Shown here: piece by piece, positions 20,234 through 31,136 of the stretch
How the letters are laid out: each line of letters begins with the position of its first letter
Position numbering within the stretch: the stretch's first letter is position 1
Source: Oopsacas minuta
Lineage: Eukaryota > Animalia > Porifera
Length of the DNA stretch: 64,000 bases
Direction: 5' to 3'
Assembly: GCA_024704765.1 (NCBI GenBank)
Contig: JAKMXF010000210.1
Coordinates: forward strand, 658,286 to 722,285
Position numbers and translations under genes: made by a program
Notes under the pieces: model-generated
Seen by the model: the letters and a program-made list of their open reading frames with translations, nothing else
Database searches by the model: none
Told to the model about the DNA's origin: nothing

Positions 20234-23200
20234 ATGACTGACGTAATATTCCAAGAAATGCAAGCAACATTCATTAAAATACCGCTAACAGCTAGACCAC
20301 CAACCAGAAAGAAGTTTATTAGATGTAGTAAGGATACGCTGGAGATTTTAGTCAAGCCTTCTAAAGGTGGTAAAGCTGAAGACATAATAGATATAAGAAC
20401 TATTCATGAGGTGAGGAAGGGGAATGATATTCTGAGAGAAGAGAGGATTGTGGATGCCAGTGTTACTGATGCTAAAATGTGTTTTACGATTGTATATGGT
20501 TCAGAGTTTAGATTGAAATTTGGAGTCTTTATTTGCTCTAATTGGAACATTCGTGAGTTCTGGTCCGAGGGACTTTTGACTCACATGCAAACAATCGCGA
20601 AACTTGATACAAATAGTCATACTAGGATTTGGCTTATGAAGGAATTCAATGAACTGGATAGGAACCAGACCAGCACTATTGGGACTAATGATTTAAAGAA
20701 GACCTTTTTCAATAGAATTCAGCTCAAAATTCCTCGCGAAAAACAACACAAATTGATTGCAGACCTTGACACTAAGAATGTTGGTTATGTTTACTTTCCA
20801 CAGTTCAGACAATTCTACCACAAAAAACTAGTATTCAACGAAGATATGATGAAGCTACTTAGTCATTGCATGTCTTTCCAGCTCAAGAATTCTTGGTATA
20901 TTAGCTCTCAAGAGCTCTGTGCCTTTCTACAATCAGAACAATTCGTTCATCACATTCCTATAACCACCTTACTGGCCGAGAAAATGATCCGGCCTTATCT
21001 GCTCTCTGAGAAGCCTCTCTCCACTCCCAACTTCCCGATAGATGAATTCTTCGACTACCTCTTCTCTCGTGGGAATAGTTTATTCGATGATGAATACACC
21101 TCTAGACTCTTGGCTGCTGATCCTAACTATATGGACTACAGTATGTCTGAGTATTGGATCAATTCCTCTCATAACACCTATCTAACTGGTAACCAGTATG
21201 CATCAGAGAGTACTGTAGAGGCTTATATACGAGTAATGAGGAGCGGGTGTCGATGTATAGAGCTGGATCTCTGGGACGGAGGTCCTGATGACTTACCTTG
21301 GATCACTCATGGTCACACCAGATGTACAAAGATAAAGTTCCGTGACATAGTAATTGCTATTCGTGAGCATGCCTTCGCTACCTCAGACTACCCCATGATA
21401 TTATCACTAGAAGAGCACTGCTCTATTCCAATACAGAAGAATACTGCTTATGAGTTTAAGAAGATTTTAGGAGATCTGTTGCTTACAGAACCAGTAAAGG
21501 GCGCTACCTGCCTTCCTTCTCCCAATCAGCTGAAACGTAAAGTTATCCTAAAACACAAGAAACTCCCCGAGGGATCAGATGAGACCGTGGTCTTGACAGA
21601 TACGGGAGAGGCTCAGGTCACTAAACAGCAGGACATATCCAACTCCCAGAAGAACGGATTCTTGTATCTGAAAGATCCAGGAGCTAATGTATGGACTCGT
21701 CGCTACTTTGTACTGACAGACAAAATCCTTTCCTATTGTATAGAAGAAGATGACCAGGAACAAGACACAGAGAATGTACGGGACCACATTTATATGGAAA
21801 CAGTACCTTCCCACTTAAAACATATAAATCATGTATGGTATCATGTAGTTGATAGAGATGGAGCAGTGGACAAACTGAAAGAATTTGAAGGTGGTAATGG
21901 TTCCTTCTTGGTACGTCCTAATGATAAGTATGAAGGTTATGTGTCTATATCATTTAAACATGAAAGAGAGGTTTATCACAGTCTTGTAAAACGTATACCA
22001 AGTCCTGACGGTCTGTACAACTATCAGCTGGTACATCCTATGACATTTGATGATATACCTAGTCTCGTGGATTACTACAAGTGTCACCCTTTACGAGCTT
22101 CTACCTTTGAACAAATCTTGACTACTCCCTGTCCCTGTCCTAGCCTCAGTAACACTAACCACGAGGCTCAGCCGTGGTTCCATGCGGGTATGAAACGCTG
22201 GGAAGCTGAGAAGATGCTGACATCTGTCCGACTAGAAGGAGCCTTTCTAGTCCGTCCCTCTGGTGAGCAGAGCACCTACACGATAACATTCAGGACTGAG
22301 AATGAGATTAAGCATTGTAGAGTTGAGTTCAATAAAGACAGTGGTCTATACACGATAGGAACTGCTCAGTTCGAGTCTCTGAGTGAATTAGTGGTTTATT
22401 ACAAGTCTCATCCTCTCTATCGTAAGATGAAACTTAAACACGCTATCAATGAGAGTATGCTCAAGAACATCGGAGTAGATGCAGAAGCCTCAGCAGAAGC
22501 TGAGTACATATCTGTTAATCCTGTGACATACAGATCTATACACGCATTCACTGCTCAGAACAAAGATGAATTGAGCTTCCCAGCTGGAGTAGAGATAACT
22601 AATGTGATAGAGCACCAGCACACGAAGGGGTGGTTTCAGGGAGACTTTGGTGGAAAGGTTAATCTATGGTTTCCTGAAAACCACGTTAAGAGGTTCGATG
22701 CTACCACTCCTCTGACTCCAATGGACCCACCGAAGCCTGAGCTGGATAATCAAGAGGAAACCATAAGGATCGAGAATTTGGAAGTGACTCGGGTTAGCCC
22801 ACATTTAGCAGGTCGTGAGTGGGTGCTGAGACTGGTTCAAGACGTTCCAGTCGAGTACAAAACGCTAAAACCTGAATCTAGCAATGCTCTATTTGTGGGT
22901 TGTGAAAACGAAGAAGACTTCAAATCTTGGGAGTCTAAGCTTAATGAAGTGAAGAAGGAACTGACCAGAAGTCAGAGCTTGGATGCTCGTCTCCAGAAGC
23001 GGACTAGCATTGCAAGAGAGATGTCTGACTTGATCATTTACTGTAGATCTGTTCCATTCCGTGTGGAATCTATAGGGAATGGAAAGTTTAGCGAAATGTC
23101 TTCATTCCCAGAAACCAAAGCATTTCATCACGCCCTCAATCGCGAGACAGCTCCCAAACTTGTGATTTATAACCAGCAGCAATTCAGTAGAGTATACCCC

Positions 23201-24001
23201 AAGGGCAGTCGTATAGATTCTTCCAACTACTTGCCTATTCCTCTATGGAATATGGGGTGTCAGATGGTAGCACTCAATTTTCAGACACCAGATAAAGCTA
23301 TGCAAGTTAACGATGCTCGTTTTTTGGTTAACAACAAACTGGGATTCGTGTTGAAGCCTGCCTTTATGCGAATGAAAGATACCAAGTACAATCCACTAGA
23401 TCCCAAGACTGTACCCACTCCCCCCACACGTATAACCATCCGTGTATTGGGTGGGAGACATCTGTTCCGAATAGGCAGAGGGTTCCCTTCCTGTCGTGTT
23501 ACTGTTGAAATTGTAGGAGCAGACTATGACAATCAGTATTATATGACATCTAATATATCTGATAACTGTCTGAACCCTGTCTGGGAGTACAAGAGCTTTG
23601 AGTTCTCTGTAAAGAACCCTGAGTGTGCTTTCCTAAGATTCGTAGTACATGATATAGACATGTTCGGAGATCCTAACCAGATAGGTCAAGCTACCTATCC
23701 ATTGACTGCTATACGTCCCGGGTTTCGATCGGTACAGTTAAAAACCCCATTCTCTGAAGAGTTAGAACTCTCTTCTCTTCTTGTATATGTCATCTTAGAG
23801 AACGGCGAGAAGTCGCAGAGTGACAGTACGGAAATCAAGTCCCGCATCGACAAGCTCAAGGACGAGTTACGAGGTCTCTACTCGTCGGGAGACCTGCGCT
23901 CTGATCTAATTGAGTCCAAGAGACGGGAGCTACAGGCTGCTCAGAACCAGATGGACCGAGTCAGTCAGGAAATGAATAGAATAAATACTTTACGCAAGTA
24001 G
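20234..24001 (+). CDS. PLCG1: Phospholipase C gamma, intronless, 1255 aa
   Basis: PH, EF, X box (WINSSHNTYL, CRCIELD), split PH, 2 SH2, SH3, Y box (SRVYPKGSRIDSSNY), C2. EYISVNP corresponds to the regulatory tyrosine linker. Confidence 0.97.
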   Translation: MTDVIFQEMQATFIKIPLTARPPTRKKFIRCSKDTLEILVKPSKGGKAEDIIDIRTIHEVRKGNDILREERIVDASVTDAKMCFTIVYGSEFRLKFGVFICSNWNIREFWSEGLLTHMQTIAKLDTNSHTRIWLMKEFNELDRNQTSTIGTNDLKKTFFNRIQLKIPREKQHKLIADLDTKNVGYVYFPQFRQFYHKKLVFNEDMMKLLSHCMSFQLKNSWYISSQELCAFLQSEQFVHHIPITTLLAEKMIRPYLLSEKPLSTPNFPIDEFFDYLFSRGNSLFDDEYTSRLLAADPNYMDYSMSEYWINSSHNTYLTGNQYASESTVEAYIRVMRSGCRCIELDLWDGGPDDLPWITHGHTRCTKIKFRDIVIAIREHAFATSDYPMILSLEEHCSIPIQKNTAYEFKKILGDLLLTEPVKGATCLPSPNQLKRKVILKHKKLPEGSDETVVLTDTGEAQVTKQQDISNSQKNGFLYLKDPGANVWTRRYFVLTDKILSYCIEEDDQEQDTENVRDHIYMETVPSHLKHINHVWYHVVDRDGAVDKLKEFEGGNGSFLVRPNDKYEGYVSISFKHEREVYHSLVKRIPSPDGLYNYQLVHPMTFDDIPSLVDYYKCHPLRASTFEQILTTPCPCPSLSNTNHEAQPWFHAGMKRWEAEKMLTSVRLEGAFLVRPSGEQSTYTITFRTENEIKHCRVEFNKDSGLYTIGTAQFESLSELVVYYKSHPLYRKMKLKHAINESMLKNIGVDAEASAEAEYISVNPVTYRSIHAFTAQNKDELSFPAGVEITNVIEHQHTKGWFQGDFGGKVNLWFPENHVKRFDATTPLTPMDPPKPELDNQEETIRIENLEVTRVSPHLAGREWVLRLVQDVPVEYKTLKPESSNALFVGCENEEDFKSWESKLNEVKKELTRSQSLDARLQKRTSIAREMSDLIIYCRSVPFRVESIGNGKFSEMSSFPETKAFHHALNRETAPKLVIYNQQQFSRVYPKGSRIDSSNYLPIPLWNMGCQMVALNFQTPDKAMQVNDARFLVNNKLGFVLKPAFMRMKDTKYNPLDPKTVPTPPTRITIRVLGGRHLFRIGRGFPSCRVTVEIVGADYDNQYYMTSNISDNCLNPVWEYKSFEFSVKNPECAFLRFVVHDIDMFGDPNQIGQATYPLTAIRPGFRSVQLKTPFSEELELSSLLVYVILENGEKSQSDSTEIKSRIDKLKDELRGLYSSGDLRSDLIESKRRELQAAQNQMDRVSQEMNRINTLRK

Positions 24002-24254
24002 AGATTTGTAAGTTTGTAAATTTTGTTGCTGCTTTTATTGTATGTAAATATTGATTGGATTCTTATTTTATTAGTGTATAATAAGGTGTTGATACAAGAA
24101 AGTGATTTAAATGTCTTTCTTACGTAGTTAGTGTTCTTATGATCTCGCAATCTTATGACAAACCCATCACATGATTCACGTCAATTCCTATTTGGATATA
24201 AATACTGTCGCATTCTGATTAGTTAATTTGAATCTACTTGATTATATAATTGTG

Positions 24255-26498
24255 ATGTATAAAACTACTCAAACACAGTCTGAGACTAATGCTAAGTTGG
24301 AAGTGATGATAGATCTGGAGAGTTTGGTTAGGCCAGTAGGTTCAGAGCCCCAGAAAGGATTCTCTGTAGCAGAGTATGAAATAGCTCCTCATAAGATGAT
24401 AGCTGACCTGGTAACACTGATTTACCAGAGAGAAGGTCTCGGCATTCAAACCCCTCTATGTCAGCAACAAACACACAATTCGAAGACCAAGAGGAGGCCT
24501 TCTCTAGTCATGGCTAACTCTGTTAAAGAGTATGGAATATTTGAAGTATTCCGAGGTAAGTGGCAATCTAACGGGACTGAAATCAGAGAGCTGCTAGCAG
24601 GAGACAACAATCCACTCATCGTGTTTGGACGGAAACTACGCATAACTAGTGTAAGATATCTAGACAGCAGTATGAAGACTCTACTGATTGATCATAGTAG
24701 CTCTGTAAGGGGAGTGGTTAGGGACATCTGCTCTATTGTTGGTATGGAGAATCCTGAAGAGGTAGGATTGATAGTGGCAGCAGACTACTCTACAACATCA
24801 GGACATCATCCAGCTATAATTCCTCAAATAGAATCTGATACTTCTAAGAAAGGCACTTTCACAAACCTGTCAGCTGCTAAGAAGCTAGCTTCTGTGACAA
24901 ATGCTAGCCTTAGTCCTGCTCAGAAGAGACGGTACATCAGTAAAACTATTGGTAAGGCAGCAGCTGACTCTAGACGTGCTAAGAGGAAGGAAGGTCGTAA
25001 GAAGAAGAAACAAATTAGCAAGAAGAGACAGCTCAGGTTGGATACTCCATGGTTAGACCTGAATCTCAGTCTTCCAGAGCAGGACGTGTTGGAGAATGAT
25101 CAGCTGATCCTAATGCATCGCTATTTCTACAACATGCAGCTGGAGAGCGGGTCTAAGCGAGCAGAACTTCTCTTCTCACAATGCAAGGCTAAGTTCCTAG
25201 CCGGAGAGTTGTTCTGCTCTCAGGAAGATTGTCATAGATTCGCAGCTCTCCTCTGTCAGATATCTTTTGGAGACCACCATCAGGATTCTCATACGGAGAG
25301 TTGGCTTATTAGTGTAAAGAAGTCTGTTCTCCCTCCCAAATTCAAAGCTAAGACTCTTTGTAAATCAATCCTCCTTCTCTACCAAGCTCTGAGAGGAATA
25401 GCGTTTGAGCAATGTCAGCTGATTATGCTCAAGCTCTGGAGCTCTATGCCTCTATTTGGATATGAATTCTTCTCTGGAACTAATTTGGATAGCAAGAAGA
25501 AATGTTTGCTCGGTGTATCCAAACAATTCGTCTTATACTCAGAGCAAGGAGAGACTTCTTTCTCCAGAACTCTACGCCTAGACTCTCTCACTTCTTGGGA
25601 CTTTGAGAAGACTTCGGACTCTCTATCCTTGGTATTTCCTTCAGAATGCTTTAATATTTATCTACCAGATTACTCCGGGATAGTAGCAGATACTATCTGT
25701 TCCCATCTAGAACATATTCGATCTTGTGAAGACGAATTATTTCTGAGATCAGAGTTCATACTTCCTTCTGACTTATGTAACACATACAGGTCAATTGCTA
25801 GTGTGTTTGGCATTAAGTCTCTAGGTACAGGACTACCTCGTACAATCTCTTACCAGAGTTTATACGATGGGAACAATCCCCTATTCACCCCTGAAGAGAT
25901 TGAGAGCGTTCAGGTTACAGCTTGGGAGAACCCAGCATTCCATGACATGGACCAGTTGTTAGAAGAGAGATTCAATTTCCTGGATGATATACACTCAATT
26001 ATTTCAGAAGAGAATCTCTCCCAAATTGTTCCTCCTAGCTTTGCTAACTCTCCTAATCAGTCACCTGTACAGGACCCTAAATATATGGATGATTTTCAGG
26101 TCAACATACCAGATTTGAATCCAAGACCTAGTTCATATCCTGCTCAGACAGACAGCGACCCGGTCACTCCGGTGGGTACTCCTCCCTATCTGGACTCTCC
26201 CACCACTACTCGGACTCCTACAAGCAATCTCGTCACTGCATTCGAGAAGAAGGGTAACTGGAAAAAGCCCGTTAGCAAGAAGCTCCCTGATAGAAAGACT
26301 AATGCTAACACCAGCCAGAAAATAATGAGTTTTGAGAACCCTCCCAAATGGACAGGTGAGCCCAAGAACATCGCTCCCATTCCGAGGCACGCTAGCACTG
26401 GTGTTATTATTAACGCTTTTGAAACTCTGCATAAGAATCAGGCTGCTCAAATCGCGAAATTTCTCGAAATAAGAGAAGACATTTCTGAGCTCGTTTAG
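24255..26498 (+). CDS. Talin-head-like FERM protein (F0-F3) with disordered tail and no talin rod
   Basis: VRYLDSSMKTLLID..ICSIVGMENPEEVGL, WLDLNLSLPEQ..LILMHRYFY, FAALLCQISFGDH, PLFGYEFF..LLGVSKQ align with talin F1-F3. First ATG at 24255. Confidence 0.75.
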   Translation: MYKTTQTQSETNAKLEVMIDLESLVRPVGSEPQKGFSVAEYEIAPHKMIADLVTLIYQREGLGIQTPLCQQQTHNSKTKRRPSLVMANSVKEYGIFEVFRGKWQSNGTEIRELLAGDNNPLIVFGRKLRITSVRYLDSSMKTLLIDHSSSVRGVVRDICSIVGMENPEEVGLIVAADYSTTSGHHPAIIPQIESDTSKKGTFTNLSAAKKLASVTNASLSPAQKRRYISKTIGKAAADSRRAKRKEGRKKKKQISKKRQLRLDTPWLDLNLSLPEQDVLENDQLILMHRYFYNMQLESGSKRAELLFSQCKAKFLAGELFCSQEDCHRFAALLCQISFGDHHQDSHTESWLISVKKSVLPPKFKAKTLCKSILLLYQALRGIAFEQCQLIMLKLWSSMPLFGYEFFSGTNLDSKKKCLLGVSKQFVLYSEQGETSFSRTLRLDSLTSWDFEKTSDSLSLVFPSECFNIYLPDYSGIVADTICSHLEHIRSCEDELFLRSEFILPSDLCNTYRSIASVFGIKSLGTGLPRTISYQSLYDGNNPLFTPEEIESVQVTAWENPAFHDMDQLLEERFNFLDDIHSIISEENLSQIVPPSFANSPNQSPVQDPKYMDDFQVNIPDLNPRPSSYPAQTDSDPVTPVGTPPYLDSPTTTRTPTSNLVTAFEKKGNWKKPVSKKLPDRKTNANTSQKIMSFENPPKWTGEPKNIAPIPRHASTGVIINAFETLHKNQAAQIAKFLEIREDISELV

Positions 26499-26657
26499 GT
26501 TTACTGACTTTATTTTATCTTTTCTACACTGTTTGAAGATTAATTTTATGATTCTTTTATTTGTGTTGAGTTATCTCTACAGTTATATATATTCTATTAC
26601 TGTCGTAGGTGCATTATTATCCATGGTACTCTAACACAATGTAGATTTAAGTTTGTC

Positions 26658-27455
26658 ATGGCCTCTGAGCTTACTAACAGATTTGAGTTGTTAGAGTCTG
26701 GACAAGGAGATTTCCCAGACAAAGAATTTGATGAAGTAGCATCCGAACTGATAACTTCTGTAGATTATGAAGGCTATGAGTTTATTACCAATTATGAGAT
26801 AGATAATATCCGTTGTACCATGCACAGGAAGTACCGAGAGGACTCGGGTCTCTATCAGTACAAACTATGGGGACACATGATGGACGTTAGTGTAGAGGCT
26901 TGTTCACATAGCTATGTAGACTTGGAATTCCGGTTAATCTAATATTATTTTATAATAGAGGCTGTATTATCACTACCTGTATCCATATGTAGGAATTATT
27001 GGGATGACTACTGTGTAGAAGCTGTTAGGAAAGAAGATCCAGACACAAAGAAAACTGCTTATTACTGGCAGCTGAACTATCCTTTCCCGCTATCCAATCG
27101 GGACTACTGTTTCGTTAGAGAGTCCAGGAAACTCTGCAAAGACGAGAGAACTATATACGTCACTCTTGCTAGGAGCGAACCGTTCCAAATATTTCCAGAA
27201 AGAAGCGGAGTTATTCGTGTTAAGGACTACTTCCAGAAAGCTGCAATGATGAGTGACGGGAAGATAGGCACCATAGCTTATATGACTTATTACGATAATC
27301 CTCAAGGTATGATACCTACATGGTTGATTAACTGGGCAGCCTCTATTGGTGGACCTCAGTACTTGAAAGTTATGCACAAATCCTGCAGTCAGTATTTTGA
27401 GTGGAGAGAAGCTGTTGACAAGAATAAGATGATACAGACTGATAAGGAGATTTAG
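26658..27455 (+). CDS. PCTP: Phosphatidylcholine transfer protein (STARD2), 2 exons
   Basis: Exons 26658-26932 and 26993-27455 (60-nt intron). SGLYQYKLWG, DLEFRNYWD, YWQLNYPFPLSNRDY, NPQGMIPTWLINWAA. Confidence 0.9.
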
Positions 27456-27608
27456 GATATTCAGGTTTAGTTTGTAATTATATTTAGTAATAAAGTTACC
27501 ACATATTTAATATATATTTATATATGAATAAATACGTATATCTACTCGGTACAATTCCTAATAAGTTATTTGAGGTTATACACGAGGCCAGCACTAGTGT
27601 AGCTTATA

Positions 27609-29444
27609 ATGTGGATATTGATACACCAACAACCTCGCAGTAATTCTCATACTCAAAGCACTTCTAGAGATTTTAAGTCAGCTGTTTCTTACTGTTTGGT
27701 ACCAGGTAGAGGCTACACTGTGGGTAGGATAGCTTGTGATCTTACTATACCCAATGAACAGTCTGTTAGCAAGAATCATGCCACAATAACAGTACATATT
27801 AAAGATGATACTGAGCAGAGAAATAAACTTTTCATCAAGGATACATCAACTTTTGGTACTCACATTAACTCAAATAGGCTGCATAACTCAGAACGTGAGT
27901 TATTTGATGGTGATCAGATTGTGTTTAGTCAGAGGGTAGAGATTGGAGGTAGGTACTCTCTTAAATGGGAGTCTATAGTGTTGTGCTTCTCCAAATTCGA
28001 GAAATCTCTCTTCGCTATAAAAGCCAGGGTTATAAAGTACAGCATAACGGTACTAGACAGCTGGGATATCAGTGTAAGCCATCTCATAGTCGGGGAACTC
28101 AGAACCACCAGCAAGGTCCTGTGTGCTCTATCTAAAGGCGTGCCTATAGTGAGATTCAGCTGGGTAGACCAATTGATCCGCTCCATCGAAGACTTTACTC
28201 CTATTCCATCACCTTCAGAACATATGCCACACCTCTCTAATGTTTCTGAGATTAGTGATGTAAATCTGTTTGCTGTTAATTTGAAACGGCTTAAACTTTT
28301 TGAAGAGAAACGTTTCTATTTCTTGAATAGTAAAGAATTTGATCAATATAGCATACCAATCTCATACTGTAGTGGTATTAGCACTTTGATTGAAGTGTTG
28401 GATGTGACATATGCGACATATGACAGGTACTCAGCTGATGACTCTATTGTAGTGTCAGGTAATTATGACAGATTCTATTCAGTACCAGGAGGAGAGGAAT
28501 TCATAGCAAAATTGGAATTAACTCTTGAGAATGTTTGTAAGAGTTTAATTCCAGATTCTAAGATTGTCCATGCTATTATGCAAGTTTCTACAGAGGGTCT
28601 CTTCCCTCAGACTCCTCAATCTCAGGCGTCAGAACAGTACGTGACTCCCCCGGAGTACTATGTCCCTATCCATAGTCCTGTTCTATTTCAAAATAATGTA
28701 TCTCAGTCAGAGTCTCTTACTAGTTCTCCTAAGAAGAAGAAAAAGAAAATTGATCAAACTGGAGTAAAGACTTGCTGTATGTTTTCCTTATTTGATGATG
28801 AATCTAAGGAGAATTCTGATGGTTCTTATCCTACAAAACCAAATAGTGAAAATACTGATCAACAGCTAACCTTTTTCAAGGATAGTCCCCCGAATCATGA
28901 ATATAACTCCTTTCAAAATGAAGATATTCCAGCTCGAAAATACGACTTACTAACTATAACTGATGAACTGACCTCTTGTCCTGATACTCTGGAAACATGG
29001 ATCCCTACTAATAACCCTCAACAGGGAGAATCTAGTCCTATTGAAACTAAGAAGAGTTACAGATTGGTAGGTAAATGCTTCGTTAAAGCTCATAAGATGA
29101 AAGAGCCTTCCTATTTACGTCCTCTAATCCCTATTAGAGCAGGCTCAGGGCTACTGAAGAAGGATCCTAAAGGCAACCCATTCTCCTCAGATGAAGAAGA
29201 TCCTAGATTATCTGGATCATTTATCGAATCAAAAGATTCCATCAAGAAATTTGCTAATACCTCTTCAAGTCCTCTGTTAATTAACAAGAATATAGCAAAA
29301 CTTGAAATAAAAACTACTCCTAAAAGTAAGCGCAAGAGTTTAGAGAAATCTCAGATTACATCAAAGAAGAAATCTCTCTTAGTTGTTCTGGATGGTTCAG
29401 ATTCTGATGACGATGAATACCTTAAGGTCACTCCTCTCAAATAG
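27609..29444 (+). CDS. NBN: Nibrin/NBS1 (FHA-BRCT-BRCT)
   Basis: MWIL..YTVGRIAC..SVSKNHA..IKDTSTFGTHIN (FHA), SHLIV..TSKVLCALSKGVPIV..W (BRCT1), RLKLFEEKRFYFL (BRCT2), acidic C-terminus. Confidence 0.85.
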   Translation: MWILIHQQPRSNSHTQSTSRDFKSAVSYCLVPGRGYTVGRIACDLTIPNEQSVSKNHATITVHIKDDTEQRNKLFIKDTSTFGTHINSNRLHNSERELFDGDQIVFSQRVEIGGRYSLKWESIVLCFSKFEKSLFAIKARVIKYSITVLDSWDISVSHLIVGELRTTSKVLCALSKGVPIVRFSWVDQLIRSIEDFTPIPSPSEHMPHLSNVSEISDVNLFAVNLKRLKLFEEKRFYFLNSKEFDQYSIPISYCSGISTLIEVLDVTYATYDRYSADDSIVVSGNYDRFYSVPGGEEFIAKLELTLENVCKSLIPDSKIVHAIMQVSTEGLFPQTPQSQASEQYVTPPEYYVPIHSPVLFQNNVSQSESLTSSPKKKKKKIDQTGVKTCCMFSLFDDESKENSDGSYPTKPNSENTDQQLTFFKDSPPNHEYNSFQNEDIPARKYDLLTITDELTSCPDTLETWIPTNNPQQGESSPIETKKSYRLVGKCFVKAHKMKEPSYLRPLIPIRAGSGLLKKDPKGNPFSSDEEDPRLSGSFIESKDSIKKFANTSSSPLLINKNIAKLEIKTTPKSKRKSLEKSQITSKKKSLLVVLDGSDSDDDEYLKVTPLK

Positions 29445-29851
29445 GATTTCAATAATCAGAGGAAATTCTCTTAACTCTATTTAAAATTAAATTACATATT
29501 TTGAATTCTGTAAGGAATTAGAGGATCCTGATAATTAACTAAATCTTCTCGTGTTATCGCTTTGGGTCTTAGCTCTTAGGTGTAACTTGTAATGTTTAGT
29601 TTGGGAAGTTTAAACAATGAGTTTGAGGTTTAACAATCTTAACTCATATAGCATATAGATATTTATTTCTGAACCTTGTGTAAAATTACTCTACAGTTTT
29701 GTGAACTTTTCAGTGAACTGCTTACCTAGCTTACATTATTTATTTAAAAGAATGCTAGCGTTATCATTGATATGTTATCCCCACGAGTTATTACCCCAGA
29801 ACTTTATCTGATATTGTTTAGAGGAATATATTGTAAGGTTATTTGATACAT

Positions 29852-31042
29852 ATGGCCTCTCAATATTCCCAAAACTTGTTTTGTGTGAGTAGCTGTAACA
29901 CTCAAACTTGTAGAATTCTACTAACCAAACTTGATATCATTAATCCTTGCAGGAGAATAGTCAAATTCCCTGGAAAAGATATGAAAGGTATACCAATTAA
30001 ACCTGACTCCCTAGCTACTATAAACGCACATCAGTTTGAGTTTGAGTTTGAACTGATAGATAGTGAATCTCCTCTCAAATCTAAATGCATCTCTCCATAC
30101 AATAAATTGCTACAAAGTCTAACTGATTGCGTTAACAAAGAGCATCTACCCTTGTCTATTCTACAAGAAGTTCCACATAAATGGGAGCGTTACGGTGACC
30201 TAGTTTTATTGCCTCACAACTCCTTTCTTTCCAGTGATTGGTGTAAATGTGTAGATTTATGGAAAGCAGTGAAAACAGCTCTACACTGCGATAGAATAGC
30301 TAAGAATTTTCCTATTAGTAACAACGAGTATAGAAAATCTCAAGCTGTTATGTTGCTAGGACAAACTGGCTTGGTGAGGCATTTAGAAAATGGCATTGTA
30401 TACTGTTATGACGTCACCAAATGTATGTTCTCATCCGGTAATGTAACTGAGAAGCTGAGGTTATCCCACATAGATTGTTCTAACGAGGTAGTTGTTGATT
30501 TATTCGCTGGAATTGGTTATTTCACTTTAACTTATTTAGTGTATTCTAAAGCTAAACTTGTACATGCTTGTGAATGGAATAGCGATGCAGTAAAATCACT
30601 GGAAATTAGTCTAATGGAGAATCGTGTAAGAGATAGGTGTGTTATCCATGCAGGTGATAATCGTATTGTAGCTCCTTCCGGTGTAGCAGATAGAGTTAAT
30701 CTAGGTTTGATTCCCTCCAGTGAGTGTAGTTGGGAAACTGCTTGCAAGTGTTTAAAGCCTAAGGGCGGTACAATGGTTGTCCATGGAAATGTCAATAGCA
30801 TACTTATAGAGCCAAGACTATTAAGCGTAGCTTCTTGCATTAAAGACAAATATTCAGTCAAAGATGTGTGGTGTATGTGGTCAGAAATGGTAAGGCATTC
30901 ATTCCATGATATATTGAGTAGAATATATCCATTGAGTAGCTGGACAGTTGAGGCTAAACATTTGGAGAAAATAAAGTCTTATGCACCACACATAGATCAT
31001 TTGGTTGTTGTGTTAGTTTGTAAACCAGTTGATTGTCACTAG
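29852..31042 (+). CDS. TRMT12: tRNA wybutosine-synthesizing protein 2 (TYW2)
   Basis: PHKWERYGDLVLL, YDVTKCMFSSGNVTEKLR, VVVDLFAGIGYFTL, ADRVNLGLIPSSE. Confidence 0.93.
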   Translation: MASQYSQNLFCVSSCNTQTCRILLTKLDIINPCRRIVKFPGKDMKGIPIKPDSLATINAHQFEFEFELIDSESPLKSKCISPYNKLLQSLTDCVNKEHLPLSILQEVPHKWERYGDLVLLPHNSFLSSDWCKCVDLWKAVKTALHCDRIAKNFPISNNEYRKSQAVMLLGQTGLVRHLENGIVYCYDVTKCMFSSGNVTEKLRLSHIDCSNEVVVDLFAGIGYFTLTYLVYSKAKLVHACEWNSDAVKSLEISLMENRVRDRCVIHAGDNRIVAPSGVADRVNLGLIPSSECSWETACKCLKPKGGTMVVHGNVNSILIEPRLLSVASCIKDKYSVKDVWCMWSEMVRHSFHDILSRIYPLSSWTVEAKHLEKIKSYAPHIDHLVVVLVCKPVDCH

Positions 31043-31136
31043 ATTCTTATTAGATTATATTTGTATATTTACTAATAATAATATATTATTCAGTTATTGT
31101 CATATATATTGTATAATTAGCCCAAAATACTAAGTG

